From an uncultured Chloroflexia bacterium (GTDB lineage: Bacteria > Chloroflexota > Chloroflexia > QHBQ01 > JADMIH01), in the NCBI GenBank assembly GCA_963797095.1, contig CAWCNY010000005.1, positions 288,001 through 352,000 of the forward strand: a stretch of 64,000 nucleotides of DNA. The letters run 5' to 3'. Position 1 is the stretch's first letter, and each line of letters opens with the position of its first letter. The translations under genes and the position numbers were made by a program. Of the stretch, positions 49,724 to 60,399 are shown in pieces. The notes beneath the pieces were generated by a model. That model saw only the letters and a program-made list of their open reading frames with translations. It was not told the DNA's origin and did no database searches.

Positions 49724-50935
49724 TCATGCCTCCACCGGGACGGCGGTTGGTATTTCATTCGGCTGAGGAACGGGGAGGCCCTTTTTGCTGAGCAGGCGAG
49801 CGTACTCGCTTATTATGCAGCGGATCACTTTGCTCTCGTCGAAGCGCTCTTCGGCAACTTTGCGCCCTTCCTGTCCCATTCGCTGTGCCTTGTCAGGGTC
49901 GGTGAGGATTTCGAGGATTGCAGATTCGATGGCGGGCACATCACCGAGAGGCACAAGGAGGCCGCTGCGACCGTTGTCGACGGCCTCGCGGTTGCCGCGC
50001 ACATCAGTTACGACGGAGGGAACGCCCATCGCGGCGGCTTCCATCACTACCTGGGGCATACCCTCGAAGAGGGAGGGGAGCACAAGCACATCCATGCTCT
50101 TGAGTAGGATGGGCAGTTCGTGGTTGGGACGCTGGCCGACGAAGACGCAGCGGTCGGCAAGGCCATAGTCGGCGGCCACCTCAGGCTCGACAGCATCGGG
50201 CTTGCCGTGGTCGGCCTCGCCCACGATCAGGAAGCGCACATCGGGCAGTTTAGCGGCCAGAATCTTACCCGCCGCCAGAAAGTCGAGGAAACCCTTACGC
50301 TTGGCCGCCAGACGGCCCACGAAGCCCACCACGGGCGCATCGGGGGCTATGCCAAGGTCGGCACGGCGGCGGGCTACATCCTCGACTGAGAAGCGTGTGG
50401 GATTGAAAACGCTTATGTCGATGCCGTTGCCCAGGTGCTTGATCTTGGAGGGTGGGCAGATGCCTTCACGGATGGCGGTGGCGATGTCCTCGGTGTTCTG
50501 GGAGAGGAGGAGGTCGGAGCAGCGGGCGGCGATCTTCTCGGTGGTGATGTAGAAGCGGCGGCCGCGCTTGCCCATGTTATCGTGGAAGTAGAAACCGAGG
50601 ACAGTGGTGACTACAACGGGCACGCGCGCCATGCGAGCGGCGAGCTGGCCGAGGAGGACAGCCTTGGGGGTGTGGGTATGGACGATGGTGGGACGCTCGC
50701 GGCGCATGAAGCGGAAGAGGAGCCAGAGCGAGCGAAGATCGGCGAGGGGGGAGAGGTTGCGGCTCATTGGCACCGGGACGAAGCGGATGCCACCCTCGCG
50801 GATGAAAGGTACGTCAGGGCCGGGGCTTGAGGCGGCAACCACCTCATAGCCTGAGTTTTGGACGGCGTGCATCTGGTCCATGAGGAGATAGCGCAACGAA
50901 AGGTCTACGGTTGTGAGATAGGCAACTTTAGTCAT
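49724..50935 (-). CDS. GT4 glycosyltransferase (PglA/CapM-like)
   Basis: HTHTPK, GNGID, VGRL, EGMPQVVMEA. Confidence 0.9.
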   Translation of the reverse strand: MTKVAYLTTVDLSLRYLLMDQMHAVQNSGYEVVAASSPGPDVPFIREGGIRFVPVPMSRNLSPLADLRSLWLLFRFMRRERPTIVHTHTPKAVLLGQLAARMARVPVVVTTVLGFYFHDNMGKRGRRFYITTEKIAARCSDLLLSQNTEDIATAIREGICPPSKIKHLGNGIDISVFNPTRFSVEDVARRRADLGIAPDAPVVGFVGRLAAKRKGFLDFLAAGKILAAKLPDVRFLIVGEADHGKPDAVEPEVAADYGLADRCVFVGQRPNHELPILLKSMDVLVLPSLFEGMPQVVMEAAAMGVPSVVTDVRGNREAVDNGRSGLLVPLGDVPAIESAILEILTDPDKAQRMGQEGRKVAEERFDESKVIRCIISEYARLLSKKGLPVPQPNEIPTAVPVEA

Positions 50936-51842
50936 GTCGGTTGAGGTTCTTCCAGACCGCCTGCCATTGGGCTTCTTCGGCGGGCGTGGTGGTGCGCGCC
51001 CTTTGTCGCAGGAGGCGGTAGCGGAGGCCAGTGGCAACGGCGGCAACGTCTACAGAAGCCCTGAGAGCCTGGGCCGCGAGGCTGCGGACGGCGAGGAGCC
51101 ATTGGCCGTGGCGGCGAAAGTAGGCGAAGTAGCGCGTGGCGATGTTGCGCCGGCTTGTGATGAGTTTCTTGAGGTTGATCTGTTCCTCCCGGTAGCCCAG
51201 AAGGATTTCAGGCACGTTGGCGAACCTGCTTTTGCTATGAGCGCGTAACAGCAAGTCCTGGTCCTGGGAATATCCCATTGTCTGGTCATATTTGTTGGCG
51301 CGAAACCACTCGGCGCTTGCCATGAAGGTGGGGTGGACGATCAGGAAGCCGGAGTGTGGGTGGGAAGTGATGGCCTCGTGCTGTTCGGGGCCCGCGCGCT
51401 TGCCGAGGGGATTGCCGTCACGGTCGAATACGAGCACCCAGGAGCCGACGAGGTCTATACCGGGGTGCGATTGGAGGTAGGCAAGCTGGCGCTCAAGGCG
51501 CTGAGGGTATGCTACATCGTCACCATCCATGCGGGCGATGTAGGAGCCGCAGGCAGCTTCGATGGCCTCGTTGAGGCGATGTGCTAGGCCGAGGGAGCGC
51601 CCATCGGAGATGATCTTGATGCGTAGATCGTGGTAGGAGCGGGCGATCTCGAGGGTCCTATCCGTGGAGCCGTCATCGATCAGGAGTAGCTCCCAATTAA
51701 GGTAGGTCTGGTCGAGGATTGAGCGGATGGCCAGGTCGAGCGTGCGCTGGTTGTTGCGGACGGGCATGGCGATGGTGATTAGTGGAGAGTCAGGGGCAGG
51801 GTTCGCCACGGGGATGGGGAGGGTGTGCGTGAGAGGTTTCAT
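50928..51842 (-). CDS. GT2 glycosyltransferase
   Basis: IDDGSTD, RMDGDD, QDQDL. Confidence 0.9.
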   Translation of the reverse strand: MKPLTHTLPIPVANPAPDSPLITIAMPVRNNQRTLDLAIRSILDQTYLNWELLLIDDGSTDRTLEIARSYHDLRIKIISDGRSLGLAHRLNEAIEAACGSYIARMDGDDVAYPQRLERQLAYLQSHPGIDLVGSWVLVFDRDGNPLGKRAGPEQHEAITSHPHSGFLIVHPTFMASAEWFRANKYDQTMGYSQDQDLLLRAHSKSRFANVPEILLGYREEQINLKKLITSRRNIATRYFAYFRRHGQWLLAVRSLAAQALRASVDVAAVATGLRYRLLRQRARTTTPAEEAQWQAVWKNLNRHD

Positions 51843-53218
51843 TCGCCCTGGTGGGAGGCGGGGCCAATCGAGCGCGTAGCTGTGCCGCCAAGCGAGGGTT
51901 GCGTGGGATTCGCGCCAGATACCTGGGGTTGTGAGATAGCGGGCACAGACCCGCGCAACAGGTCAAGAATAGCGCCTTTGCGAACGAACACATAGTGGAG
52001 GCCCATGCCCACAAGCGCCATCATCCCGAAGGTCAGCAAAATGGCTGGAAGGTTGTAGCCACAGAGCCAGAGGGCCGCAAGTCTGCTGGGGACCGCCAGG
52101 GTGGGCACGCGCAATTGCCAGCGATCGAGGATGCCCATCGCCAAACCGTAGACGATGAGGCCGGGCACTACGAGGAGGATACCGGCGTTGAGCATCAATT
52201 CCTCGATCATGCCAATGCCCAGGCCCCAATAGGTTTCTTCCGGCTCGGTGCCCGCCACGTAAGCGGTGTAGTAGTGGGCCGTTGAGACGCCTTTGAAGGG
52301 GACGATGGAGCGGGGGACGAAGAAGAGCGCGCTATAGACGTAACCCGACATAGGATAGGGCACTATTCGAGTGCCCCACGGCTCGGACTGCTCAAGGACA
52401 GTACGCAGAACGGGGGCGCGTGCCAGGTCGTTGGAGAGAGTTTCGGTGAGCAGTTCGGGGGTGCCGATGTCGGACTGAGCGTAGGCGAACTTGAAGAAGG
52501 AGAGGAGGATAGCCGCCGATACTACAAGGATAGCCAGGGCAGCAGCCAGGCGGGTGACAGTCATCTTGAAGCGGAAAAGGGCAAGCACGAGGAAGGGTAG
52601 GAGGATGGTGGTGCGCTGGCCGATCACTATTGTAGAGAGGACGGTGGCGACGGCAAGCGCCAGGCAAAGTATAGTGCCCTTCCAGGTGCGAGAGTCGCGC
52701 TGGATAACGTAGAACGCCAGGAAATGCAAAGGGAAGTAGAGGATGATTATGAACGGGCCCCAACTGCTTGTGACGTTCAGACGGGTGAGCCACACTGGAT
52801 TGCCACCAAGGGTTTCAAGGAGGCCGTAGAGGGAGAGGGGGACGGCTATGAGGGCGAGGAGCCAGTAGAACAGGCGGCGTCTTTCGGGCGCAATGGCGGT
52901 GATAGGCTCGGCGGGGAGGCGACGGCCCTCGCGATTGGTGAGCCAGGAGCCTAGATGTACAAGCCAGGGGCCGAGAGCGATAAAGAGGACTGAGAGCATA
53001 AATATAGAGTCGCGGGCACCCAGGAGGGGCAAGAACCAATCGCTTGTGTAGGGGATGCCGATCACCTCCATGAGAATGCCGATATCGTAGTAGAGGATGA
53101 AGGAGAGCACGGCAAAATCGGAGGTGGCTGGCCTCCTGTCGCTGAGCATGCTGGTCACGAAAGGTATCAAGGCCAGCCCATGCGATATGAAGATAATGGC
53201 TATGTCAATGATACGCAT
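51839..53218 (-). CDS. Wzy-like polysaccharide polymerase
   Basis: About 11 TM helices, GQR and VPRS..P.K loops, position in the cluster. Confidence 0.75.
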   Translation of the reverse strand: MRIIDIAIIFISHGLALIPFVTSMLSDRRPATSDFAVLSFILYYDIGILMEVIGIPYTSDWFLPLLGARDSIFMLSVLFIALGPWLVHLGSWLTNREGRRLPAEPITAIAPERRRLFYWLLALIAVPLSLYGLLETLGGNPVWLTRLNVTSSWGPFIIILYFPLHFLAFYVIQRDSRTWKGTILCLALAVATVLSTIVIGQRTTILLPFLVLALFRFKMTVTRLAAALAILVVSAAILLSFFKFAYAQSDIGTPELLTETLSNDLARAPVLRTVLEQSEPWGTRIVPYPMSGYVYSALFFVPRSIVPFKGVSTAHYYTAYVAGTEPEETYWGLGIGMIEELMLNAGILLVVPGLIVYGLAMGILDRWQLRVPTLAVPSRLAALWLCGYNLPAILLTFGMMALVGMGLHYVFVRKGAILDLLRGSVPAISQPQVSGANPTQPSLGGTATRSIGPASHQGE

Positions 53219-54425
53219 CGCTTGTTCGGGCACGCGTCCGGGCCAGGGGGAGGTCACGTGAGGAGGATGCCCAGGCGCGAGCATAGAAATCGGTCAATTC
53301 GTGCACACTGCTTTCGATGGCGAAGGGGCTGGAAGCAACACGCTCCAGGGCCTCGCGCCGGGTGGGAAGTGAGGGTTGGGTGGCGACTGATAGCACGGTT
53401 TCGGCCCAGGCGGAGGCGGGATCTTGAAGAGACATAGTATCGACCAGTGAGGGGACAACAATGGCCTCTTGAGGAACCGTGTCGGATGCCACACAGGGCA
53501 AGCCTGCTGCCTGGGCCTCTACAAGGCTCAGGCCGAGACCTTCATCTATGGAAGGGAAGAGGAAGAGGTCCATCGCCCCTACGAGCAAACGCGGAATGTC
53601 GGGGCGCGAATGGGCGAATATTATCCTGTCCGAGATGCCGTACTGTGCAGCCAACTGCTCGATCTGGGGAAGGAGAGGGCCTTCCCCGACGAGAAGGAAG
53701 CGTGCTCTCGGTTCGCGTCGGGAGAGTTCCGAGGCGATTTGCAACAGGAATTTGTGGTTCTTCTGCTCCGTGAACCTGCCTACATGGCCGATAACAAGGT
53801 CGGTGGGACCAAGACCTAGCTCGGCACGTACAGTTGCTGCGTCACCGGTTGAACGGAAGGGTTCGATATCGATGCCGCAGTAGAGAACGCGCCAGCGGGG
53901 GTCGGCCTGCCAGTTGGGGCCGAAGAGGGCGCTGGCGGCAGGGCGGCTGGCCGCAAGGCCTGCGGTTGCGTAGCGGGCCACCCAACGTTCGGTCAGGGAG
54001 AGATAGAGGCGGCGTGGGAGCGACCCGCTCCCTGTGTGGGTGCGAGTGTTGAGGCTGTGGCTATGGGCGAGCCTCACGGGTACGCCCGACCGGCTAGCCA
54101 GGCGGAGAATGTAGCCGCTGAAGTGGTGTACGTGGCTGTGGATGATATCGTAGGGGCCGGACTCGGCCAGGATGCGAAGAAAGTTGCGGCGATATAGCCA
54201 GGGGCGCGACGCGCCGGGGCACGGCAGGACCTTGGAGCCGAGGGCGCGTACTTCGTCGTCGTAAGCGCCGAGCTGTTCCGAATGGACCAGGAAGTCGATT
54301 TGGAAGCGTTCGCGGTCGATATGGCGCAGGACGCGCAGAAGCCAGGTCTCGGTGCCGCCGGGATTGAGGGCGCCGACCACGTGGAGGATACGCAACGGTT
54401 TGTCTGTAGATATTTGCGCTTGCAT
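53205..54425 (-). CDS. GT4 glycosyltransferase (EpsF/Cap1E-like)
   Basis: GGTE, HSHS, HVGRF..QKN, EGLG...EAQAAG. Confidence 0.9.
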   Translation of the reverse strand: MQAQISTDKPLRILHVVGALNPGGTETWLLRVLRHIDRERFQIDFLVHSEQLGAYDDEVRALGSKVLPCPGASRPWLYRRNFLRILAESGPYDIIHSHVHHFSGYILRLASRSGVPVRLAHSHSLNTRTHTGSGSLPRRLYLSLTERWVARYATAGLAASRPAASALFGPNWQADPRWRVLYCGIDIEPFRSTGDAATVRAELGLGPTDLVIGHVGRFTEQKNHKFLLQIASELSRREPRARFLLVGEGPLLPQIEQLAAQYGISDRIIFAHSRPDIPRLLVGAMDLFLFPSIDEGLGLSLVEAQAAGLPCVASDTVPQEAIVVPSLVDTMSLQDPASAWAETVLSVATQPSLPTRREALERVASSPFAIESSVHELTDFYARAWASSSRDLPLARTRARTSDAYH

Positions 54426-54453
54426 AGCTATCAGGACCCCATTGTACCGCACA

Positions 54454-55485
54454 TCATGCGGCAATGCGCGACCAGATGGTGCAGAAGTTGGCCCCATCAA
54501 GAGGGTATTTGTGGTGGAGTTGGTGGGAGAGACGGGACCATTTTGCGGGCAGTTCCTCTTCGTGAAACATGCCCATGAAGGCGTAGGTCTCAAGCCAGCG
54601 ACGGGACCAAAGCCCGGCAAAGTCGCGTTCGAGCTTTTCGAAATCGAGGCCACGCCCCGAAGCCGCCTCGGTGGCAGAGTGAGCTACGTGGAAGTCTACA
54701 AGGCGCTGGATGATCACGGGAGGCGGCTGCTGGGAAAAGAGGCCCTGGCGGTGTGCCTCTCGCGCGGTCTGGAGGGAGGGGTTGCTGCGGCGGCCCAGGG
54801 CTATTCCAAGTCTTGTGATGTAGAGGTCGGGCGCGAAGAAGCGCCGCCAGCGTCGCTCACGCAGATAGGCTTCGTAGGTTGCCAGACATTCGGGATTGGC
54901 GTAGAAGCGGCTGGAAGGCTCGTGGCCTGCGATCCAGTAAGCGTCTTGAGTGAGGAGCGGGAGGAGAGAGTTGATGTCGCCTGTGGGGTCGGGCAGGTGG
55001 TGGAGGAGGGAATTGGTGGTGAGGAGATTGAACATAGCGCCCTGGATTGACGATCTGAGAACCTCCAGGTCATCGAAGAAAAAGGCGTCCGGGAAAATAG
55101 GGGCGATGCGGGTGCGGCATCGCTCAAGCATCTCTGGAGAGGGATCGTAGCAGACAAGGGAGGCTATCCTGTCATGTGGGACGTTTGTCAGGAGTTGCTC
55201 GGCCTCGAAGCCTGTGCCGCATCCGAAATCGAGGATGCGCCAGGTATCGGAGGTGGTATGCGACGTGACGAAGGAGACCATTTTCTTCCAGAGAGGCGGT
55301 AACTGTGAGGCGATTTCGGGGTGACGGCGGTCGTAGTCATGGGCCTCGAACGCGTGGTAGATTCGGTTTACTTCGAGGACGAGGGTGGTTATATCGGTTT
55401 GAGGACCGTATGGGGCAAGGAGGCGAGCGATATATTCTCTGTTGGCCTGGGTGGGGGGTGCGGTTTGTTGTGATAATGGGTTCAT
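54454..55485 (-). CDS. SAM-dependent methyltransferase in the polysaccharide cluster
   Basis: ILDFGCGTG, DPSPEML, SLLHHL, HEP. Confidence 0.82.
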   Translation of the reverse strand: MNPLSQQTAPPTQANREYIARLLAPYGPQTDITTLVLEVNRIYHAFEAHDYDRRHPEIASQLPPLWKKMVSFVTSHTTSDTWRILDFGCGTGFEAEQLLTNVPHDRIASLVCYDPSPEMLERCRTRIAPIFPDAFFFDDLEVLRSSIQGAMFNLLTTNSLLHHLPDPTGDINSLLPLLTQDAYWIAGHEPSSRFYANPECLATYEAYLRERRWRRFFAPDLYITRLGIALGRRSNPSLQTAREAHRQGLFSQQPPPVIIQRLVDFHVAHSATEAASGRGLDFEKLERDFAGLWSRRWLETYAFMGMFHEEELPAKWSRLSHQLHHKYPLDGANFCTIWSRIAA

Positions 55486-55491
55486 ATGAGA

Positions 55492-56820
55492 TCAGACTAG
55501 CAACAGGGCGTAGGCCAGCACTCCCACTGAGGAAGAAATAGTGGTCGAGATAGCTGCGCCCCACAGGCCGTAGGCCGGAATAAGCGCGTAGCATGAGATG
55601 ATGGAGGCCAGCACGATGGCGACGAGCGCGATGGGCTGGTAGCCGATCCTGCGCCGGGCAGTGGCCGCGTAGCCCAGGACCGAGGTGATATACCAGAGAC
55701 CTGCGCCAAGCATCACCCACACGAATACATCAGCGCGTGCTCCATATTCAGGAGAGTAGAGGATCGTGAGCACTTCGCGCCCGGCGATGATGGCGACCAG
55801 GACACCGGTTGCGCCTATGATGATGCTCAAGGCCAGGAGTTTGCCGGTGAGCGAACGGAAGGCACGGCTGTCGCTACCGGCGTGGTAAAAAGCCAATCGT
55901 GGCGAAGCGGCCTGACCGACCGCGCTGATGACGGTCGTACCCGCGACCATGAGGTAGGTAATGGCGGTGAAGATGCCGAGGTCGGATTCTGTGCGGAAGT
56001 ATTCGATGAAGTAGCGCGGGATGTTGGTGTTAAGGGAGATAAGGAGCATCGCGACACCCAGCGGCAGCGAGAGCCAGGCCAGCCGAAGGAGGCGGGTTGG
56101 GTGCCATGATGCCCGCAGGGCAATGGTATTAGCAGACTCGGGCGATAGAGAGGTGCCGTGTTGCTGCGCCTGTATCGAGTTGCGGAGCACGGATGTTGCC
56201 ACCCTGATATCGTAGCTGGCGAGTACGATTGCCCAGGCGGTGGCAAGGCCCACCGCGCCCCAGAAGACGCTGCCGGTGATGGCTACACCCAGGCCCAGGG
56301 CTACCAGGGAGAGGGTGCCCTTGACCATCATTGAAATGGCGATGCGATCCATACGTTCACGTTGTTGTAGCAGACCGTAAAAGACATCGCTGATAAACTC
56401 GAAGGTCTTGGCAAGGCCCACCATGAGGATGATCCCGGCTGTTTCGCCGGTGTACCCGCCCACCAGCACCAGGGCTATGATTACGAGCAAAGCGAGGAGG
56501 GACATTACGAGGCGCAGGCCAAGATATTCGTCGAAGGCGTATTGGTGGCGGGCGTCGGTAGCCTGCACCTGGCGCAGTTGGAGATTGGTGAAGAGGAGGA
56601 TGGGCGCAGTTAGGGCCAGAGCCAGGCCAAACTGACCGACCATGGAGGTTGTGCCGAGTTTGGCGAGCACCACAAGCATAGCCCACTGGCAGCCTGCGTA
56701 TACGACGTTGCCGGCCAGCGTCCATGCAATGTTGGCTCGCAGGGAGAGACGTATTGCCGGTCGGAGTGAAGTGCTACCTGCCGCCACGTCTTCCTGCGGA
56801 GCCGTCAGTAGATCAGCCAT
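55492..56820 (-). CDS. Wzx flippase
   Basis: About 12 TM helices; N..W...GN..YA..QW, N.NIPRYFI. Confidence 0.85.
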   Translation of the reverse strand: MADLLTAPQEDVAAGSTSLRPAIRLSLRANIAWTLAGNVVYAGCQWAMLVVLAKLGTTSMVGQFGLALALTAPILLFTNLQLRQVQATDARHQYAFDEYLGLRLVMSLLALLVIIALVLVGGYTGETAGIILMVGLAKTFEFISDVFYGLLQQRERMDRIAISMMVKGTLSLVALGLGVAITGSVFWGAVGLATAWAIVLASYDIRVATSVLRNSIQAQQHGTSLSPESANTIALRASWHPTRLLRLAWLSLPLGVAMLLISLNTNIPRYFIEYFRTESDLGIFTAITYLMVAGTTVISAVGQAASPRLAFYHAGSDSRAFRSLTGKLLALSIIIGATGVLVAIIAGREVLTILYSPEYGARADVFVWVMLGAGLWYITSVLGYAATARRRIGYQPIALVAIVLASIISCYALIPAYGLWGAAISTTISSSVGVLAYALLLV

Positions 56821-56849
56821 ACGTGTGCTTGACGCCTAATCGCTTATGC

Positions 56850-58322
56850 TCACCCGTTGCTATTGGCGGGCGCTACCCTCTCGCTGCTTCTGCGGAAGCG
56901 ATTCTTGAAGGCGGAGTTGGTGCTGAAATTGGGCCGCCAGAGATGTAGGAGGTAGGCCAGGATAATGCCCAGCACCACTGCCAGCAGGAGACCCTGACCA
57001 ACCGTTAGCAGTATCAATCGGGTGGTGCTGCGCGAGCTTGCAGCCTCCAGTTCATTGGCGGGCGAGGCAACATCTACGATGCGACTTATCACTTCGTTGA
57101 CCTGTTGTTCAGCAAGGCGGTTACGCAACAGGTCGTAAGTGCTCTGGCGCAGGTCCCTGGTCTTTTGAAGTTGATCCTTCTGGAAGATAAGTTGCTCGAT
57201 CTGGCTTTCCAACTCATTGCGCCGCTTGATCTGCTCTACAAGGTCGGCGGGTACATTGCTGATAGTACCGGCGGTAGGGGCAGGCAGAGGTGCCTGTAGC
57301 TCGGTATCCAGTTGCTGGACCTGGAGTTGGAGGTCCTCTTGCAGCTTTTGGGCGGCTGCGAGGGCCGCGTCAATCTCGGACAACTGATTCGCTTTGGTGA
57401 GAGTTGTGGCAGTATTATTGCCAATGTTGAACTGCAACTGCAAATCAGCACCCGCATTGGCGGCAGCCATTTTGTTTTGCAAGACGATAAGGCTGATCTG
57501 ATTTCCGTAGAGGACATCGGGCTGATCGGGGCCTTGCTCTATGCGGGTACGTAGCGCCTGGATCTCGGTAGTGGTCTGGGCCAGGCTGTAGACCGAGGTA
57601 TAGGCGTCGGCGAGTTTATCTTGTGCCGCTGCGCGCTCGGAATTGTAGAGCACAAACTGGGTATTGGTATAGCTTTCGGTAGCAGAAGTGATGAAGCTGT
57701 TGGTTTGCGCGAGTTCTTGCTTCAAGCTGTTGAGCTGGCTATCTGCAAGGAACTCTTGCAACTCGTTCTCAGCGGTGGTTAGCTCTTTCTGGGATTCGTC
57801 AAGCGCATCGCTCACTCGTGAGGAGGAGACCGCGTAAAGGTGGTTTACTTTGGTGACTGCTTCGGCTCCCCAGTTATTCGCCAGCCAGGTAGCCGCCTTA
57901 GGAGTGTCGGCCTGTGCCGAAATATAGATGAGATCACCCTTCACTTCCACCTGGGTCGCCCCGGCGAGGGCCAGGACGTCGGTCGTACCCAACGGCTGTA
58001 TGTCGGGGTCAGTGCTGGCGCGAGCATCAGCAACAACTGCTTCCGCCACATCAACTGAGGACATTAGAGCTTGCAGGTTGCGTACCTCGCGGTTGGGGTC
58101 TATATCGTTGGCCTGAAAATCGGCCTGACCGGTCAACACCAGCCGATCACTGCCATTGCCCTTGAATAAGAGAACGGCCTGAGCTTCATAAGGAAGCAAA
58201 TGTCCGTATGACAGGGCAGTTATCAAACCTCCCACAACCGCGACCGCCGCCAATAATATGATAAGCAGGCTATGTTTGCTCAGCGGGCGCAGATAGTACC
58301 CGATCCCTTGTCCATCTGGCAT
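56850..58322 (-). CDS. Wzz/GumC-like polysaccharide co-polymerase without kinase domain
   Basis: N- and C-terminal TM helices flanking a long coiled coil. Confidence 0.75.
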   Translation of the reverse strand: MPDGQGIGYYLRPLSKHSLLIILLAAVAVVGGLITALSYGHLLPYEAQAVLLFKGNGSDRLVLTGQADFQANDIDPNREVRNLQALMSSVDVAEAVVADARASTDPDIQPLGTTDVLALAGATQVEVKGDLIYISAQADTPKAATWLANNWGAEAVTKVNHLYAVSSSRVSDALDESQKELTTAENELQEFLADSQLNSLKQELAQTNSFITSATESYTNTQFVLYNSERAAAQDKLADAYTSVYSLAQTTTEIQALRTRIEQGPDQPDVLYGNQISLIVLQNKMAAANAGADLQLQFNIGNNTATTLTKANQLSEIDAALAAAQKLQEDLQLQVQQLDTELQAPLPAPTAGTISNVPADLVEQIKRRNELESQIEQLIFQKDQLQKTRDLRQSTYDLLRNRLAEQQVNEVISRIVDVASPANELEAASSRSTTRLILLTVGQGLLLAVVLGIILAYLLHLWRPNFSTNSAFKNRFRRSSERVAPANSNG

Positions 58323-58488
58323 ATTAAAGAGTTGTCCTTCCTCCTGATTCTGTAACCCGCCGGGCGTTTGTACCCCAGCTAGTATACCATATCGTACTGG
58401 ATCATACGGACGGTGGAGAACACAAGCAATTCAAGGCAAGACCCGAAGACGATGAAATGAGAGATAAGATTTCGGGACTGTCTAAAAG

Positions 58489-58522
58489 AGCAGAATGGAC
58501 GGCCTGGCCGTCCATTCTGCTT
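58489..58522. terminator. Hairpin terminator
   Basis: AGCAGAATGGACGGC...GCCGTCCATTCTGCT. Confidence 0.7.
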
Positions 58523-58570
58523 GCTCTGCTCGCTTAGACACAGCTATGCGGAGAACTGCGCCATACAGGT

Positions 58571-60025
58571 TTAGTCCTGAGGCTGGCCGGGAGTAACCAC
58601 AGCAGGAGCGATTACCGGAGCATCGGGTACATCGTACACCGATCCGCCTGTCGTCGGGGCTGGCATCGCTGGCGCCATCCTCTCCGTCTCATGCCCTGTC
58701 CTCAATGCGTCTATCCTCCAGTCGAAACTGAAGTTCCCTGTCCCCTTCCCTAGCTCCCTCACCTCAAAGCTCGTGGCCGTCTTGTTGACGACCGCCAGGC
58801 CAAGAGTATCAGCCGAGCCGGGGGTAACGAAAACCTGATATGTGGAGTTGAGGTTTACACCGGCGGCGTACACAGGGTCGATGTTGATCACCGCTCGTCC
58901 ATTCACCAACTGCGCTGTCCCCTGGTCACTGTACACGTTCTGCGTAAACTCCACAGCGTACATCTGCCTCTCTGACCCGTCCGACTGCTTCACCGAGCTG
59001 CAGCATGTCCCTGTCACATGCAGGTTGCCTGTCACATACACATGCCCGTATGTGTTGGGGAGACTGCCTGTGATCAGTGCGTAGTAGGAGGAGTTGCGGG
59101 TGTAGAAGCGTGCACCCTCGGTGGTGTTGGAGCCCATAACTCCACCAGGGCCGTTGGCCGAGTAGCCGTAGAAGCCCGAGCCTGAGCCTGAGTTGGACCC
59201 AAAGAGAGCCACACCTGTGGAGGAGGTGCCATACACACCGTTACCTGAGGAGCTTATGCCATACACCCCATAGTTGGTCCCGTTGCCGTAAACTCCGATA
59301 TTGCCACTGGTGCCGTACACTCCATAGCTACCTGAGCCACTACCAGTGCCGTATACGCCCTTTCCACCTGTGCTACCGGAGCCATACACTCCTATGTACC
59401 CGCCGCTGGTGCCGTATACACCAAGACCTGAGGCGCTAGACCCATAGACACCCCAGCCGCTACCATTCTGAGAGCCCCACACACCGATGCCACTGCCGCT
59501 CGTGCCGTTGTTTTGGCCGCGCACACCGGTGCTGGACCCACCTGGGGATGTAGGCGTTACCTCACCATAGATCGCGTATGCGCTGCCTGTTGTGGAAACA
59601 GTATTCCCGTAGACAGCGGCATTAGCAGCGCCTGCACCTGTGGTTCCCAGGTGCTGGGCATAGACGCCTCGACCATTGGTAGATTGCGCCCAGAGCGCCG
59701 TGCCGTTGGTCGCAGATGACTGGTAAGCACGTAGCGAGACGGAACCGTCTGTGGAGCTGCTGGAGGTAAAGTACCAGGCACCGGCACCGGAGCTGCCATA
59801 GGAGCTGGAAAAGTTGGTAATGCCTGTGCCGCTGTTGCTGGTATCGCCCTGGAGGGCATAGGCGTCGGGTGAGTTGGTGACTTGCTGGCCGTTGGCATCG
59901 CCGGAGGCAGAGCCGGAGCCTTTGGGGGTGGCCGCGAAGCCTGGGGTAGCCAGGGCTGCGATAGCCAGTACCGAGATAAGGATAGTCAGTAGCCGAATGC
60001 GCTTGTGCGAGATACGTGCAAACAT
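58571..60025 (-). CDS. Secreted GVYG-repeat protein, copy 1
   Basis: Signal peptide, 10-12-aa GVYGxS repeats, C-terminal E...D.G.A.L.NG.A.I.IDP...YQVF.T...FDWRI domain. Confidence 0.8.
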   Translation of the reverse strand: MFARISHKRIRLLTILISVLAIAALATPGFAATPKGSGSASGDANGQQVTNSPDAYALQGDTSNSGTGITNFSSSYGSSGAGAWYFTSSSSTDGSVSLRAYQSSATNGTALWAQSTNGRGVYAQHLGTTGAGAANAAVYGNTVSTTGSAYAIYGEVTPTSPGGSSTGVRGQNNGTSGSGIGVWGSQNGSGWGVYGSSASGLGVYGTSGGYIGVYGSGSTGGKGVYGTGSGSGSYGVYGTSGNIGVYGNGTNYGVYGISSSGNGVYGTSSTGVALFGSNSGSGSGFYGYSANGPGGVMGSNTTEGARFYTRNSSYYALITGSLPNTYGHVYVTGNLHVTGTCCSSVKQSDGSERQMYAVEFTQNVYSDQGTAQLVNGRAVINIDPVYAAGVNLNSTYQVFVTPGSADTLGLAVVNKTATSFEVRELGKGTGNFSFDWRIDALRTGHETERMAPAMPAPTTGGSVYDVPDAPVIAPAVVTPGQPQD

Positions 60026-60323
60026 GGTCTCTCCTTTCGATTGCGTAGTCCGGCAGCACGAGGAACTTAGCTAGTTTGTCCCCATCAGGATGCTGCCTAA
60101 CAACTATCTGCAACTCCGGATCTGCTACTACGAGGCGTAACGCGGACTCGACGGCCTGATGCTAGATTAAACCATAAAGTTAGCAATAATGGAAGCCCCT
60201 AAACAGGTTACCTTCACCAAATGTGAATTTTATCAGGATGTACATAGCGCCCACCTTCGTTTACCGGAGCGCACAGCCTGATCATCAACCTGGCTAGGAT
60301 CATAACCCCTTACGGAAGCCCAA

Positions 60324-60350
60324 GTAGGGACGGGTTTGAAACCCGTCCCT
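60324..60350. repeat. GTAG-type REP-like palindrome
   Basis: GTAGGGACGGGTTTGAAACCCGTCCCT. Confidence 0.6.
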
Positions 60351-60399
60351 GAGGTAATCCCTGAGCTAAATTGTATGCGTGGGCTATAGAAGGTCTAGC

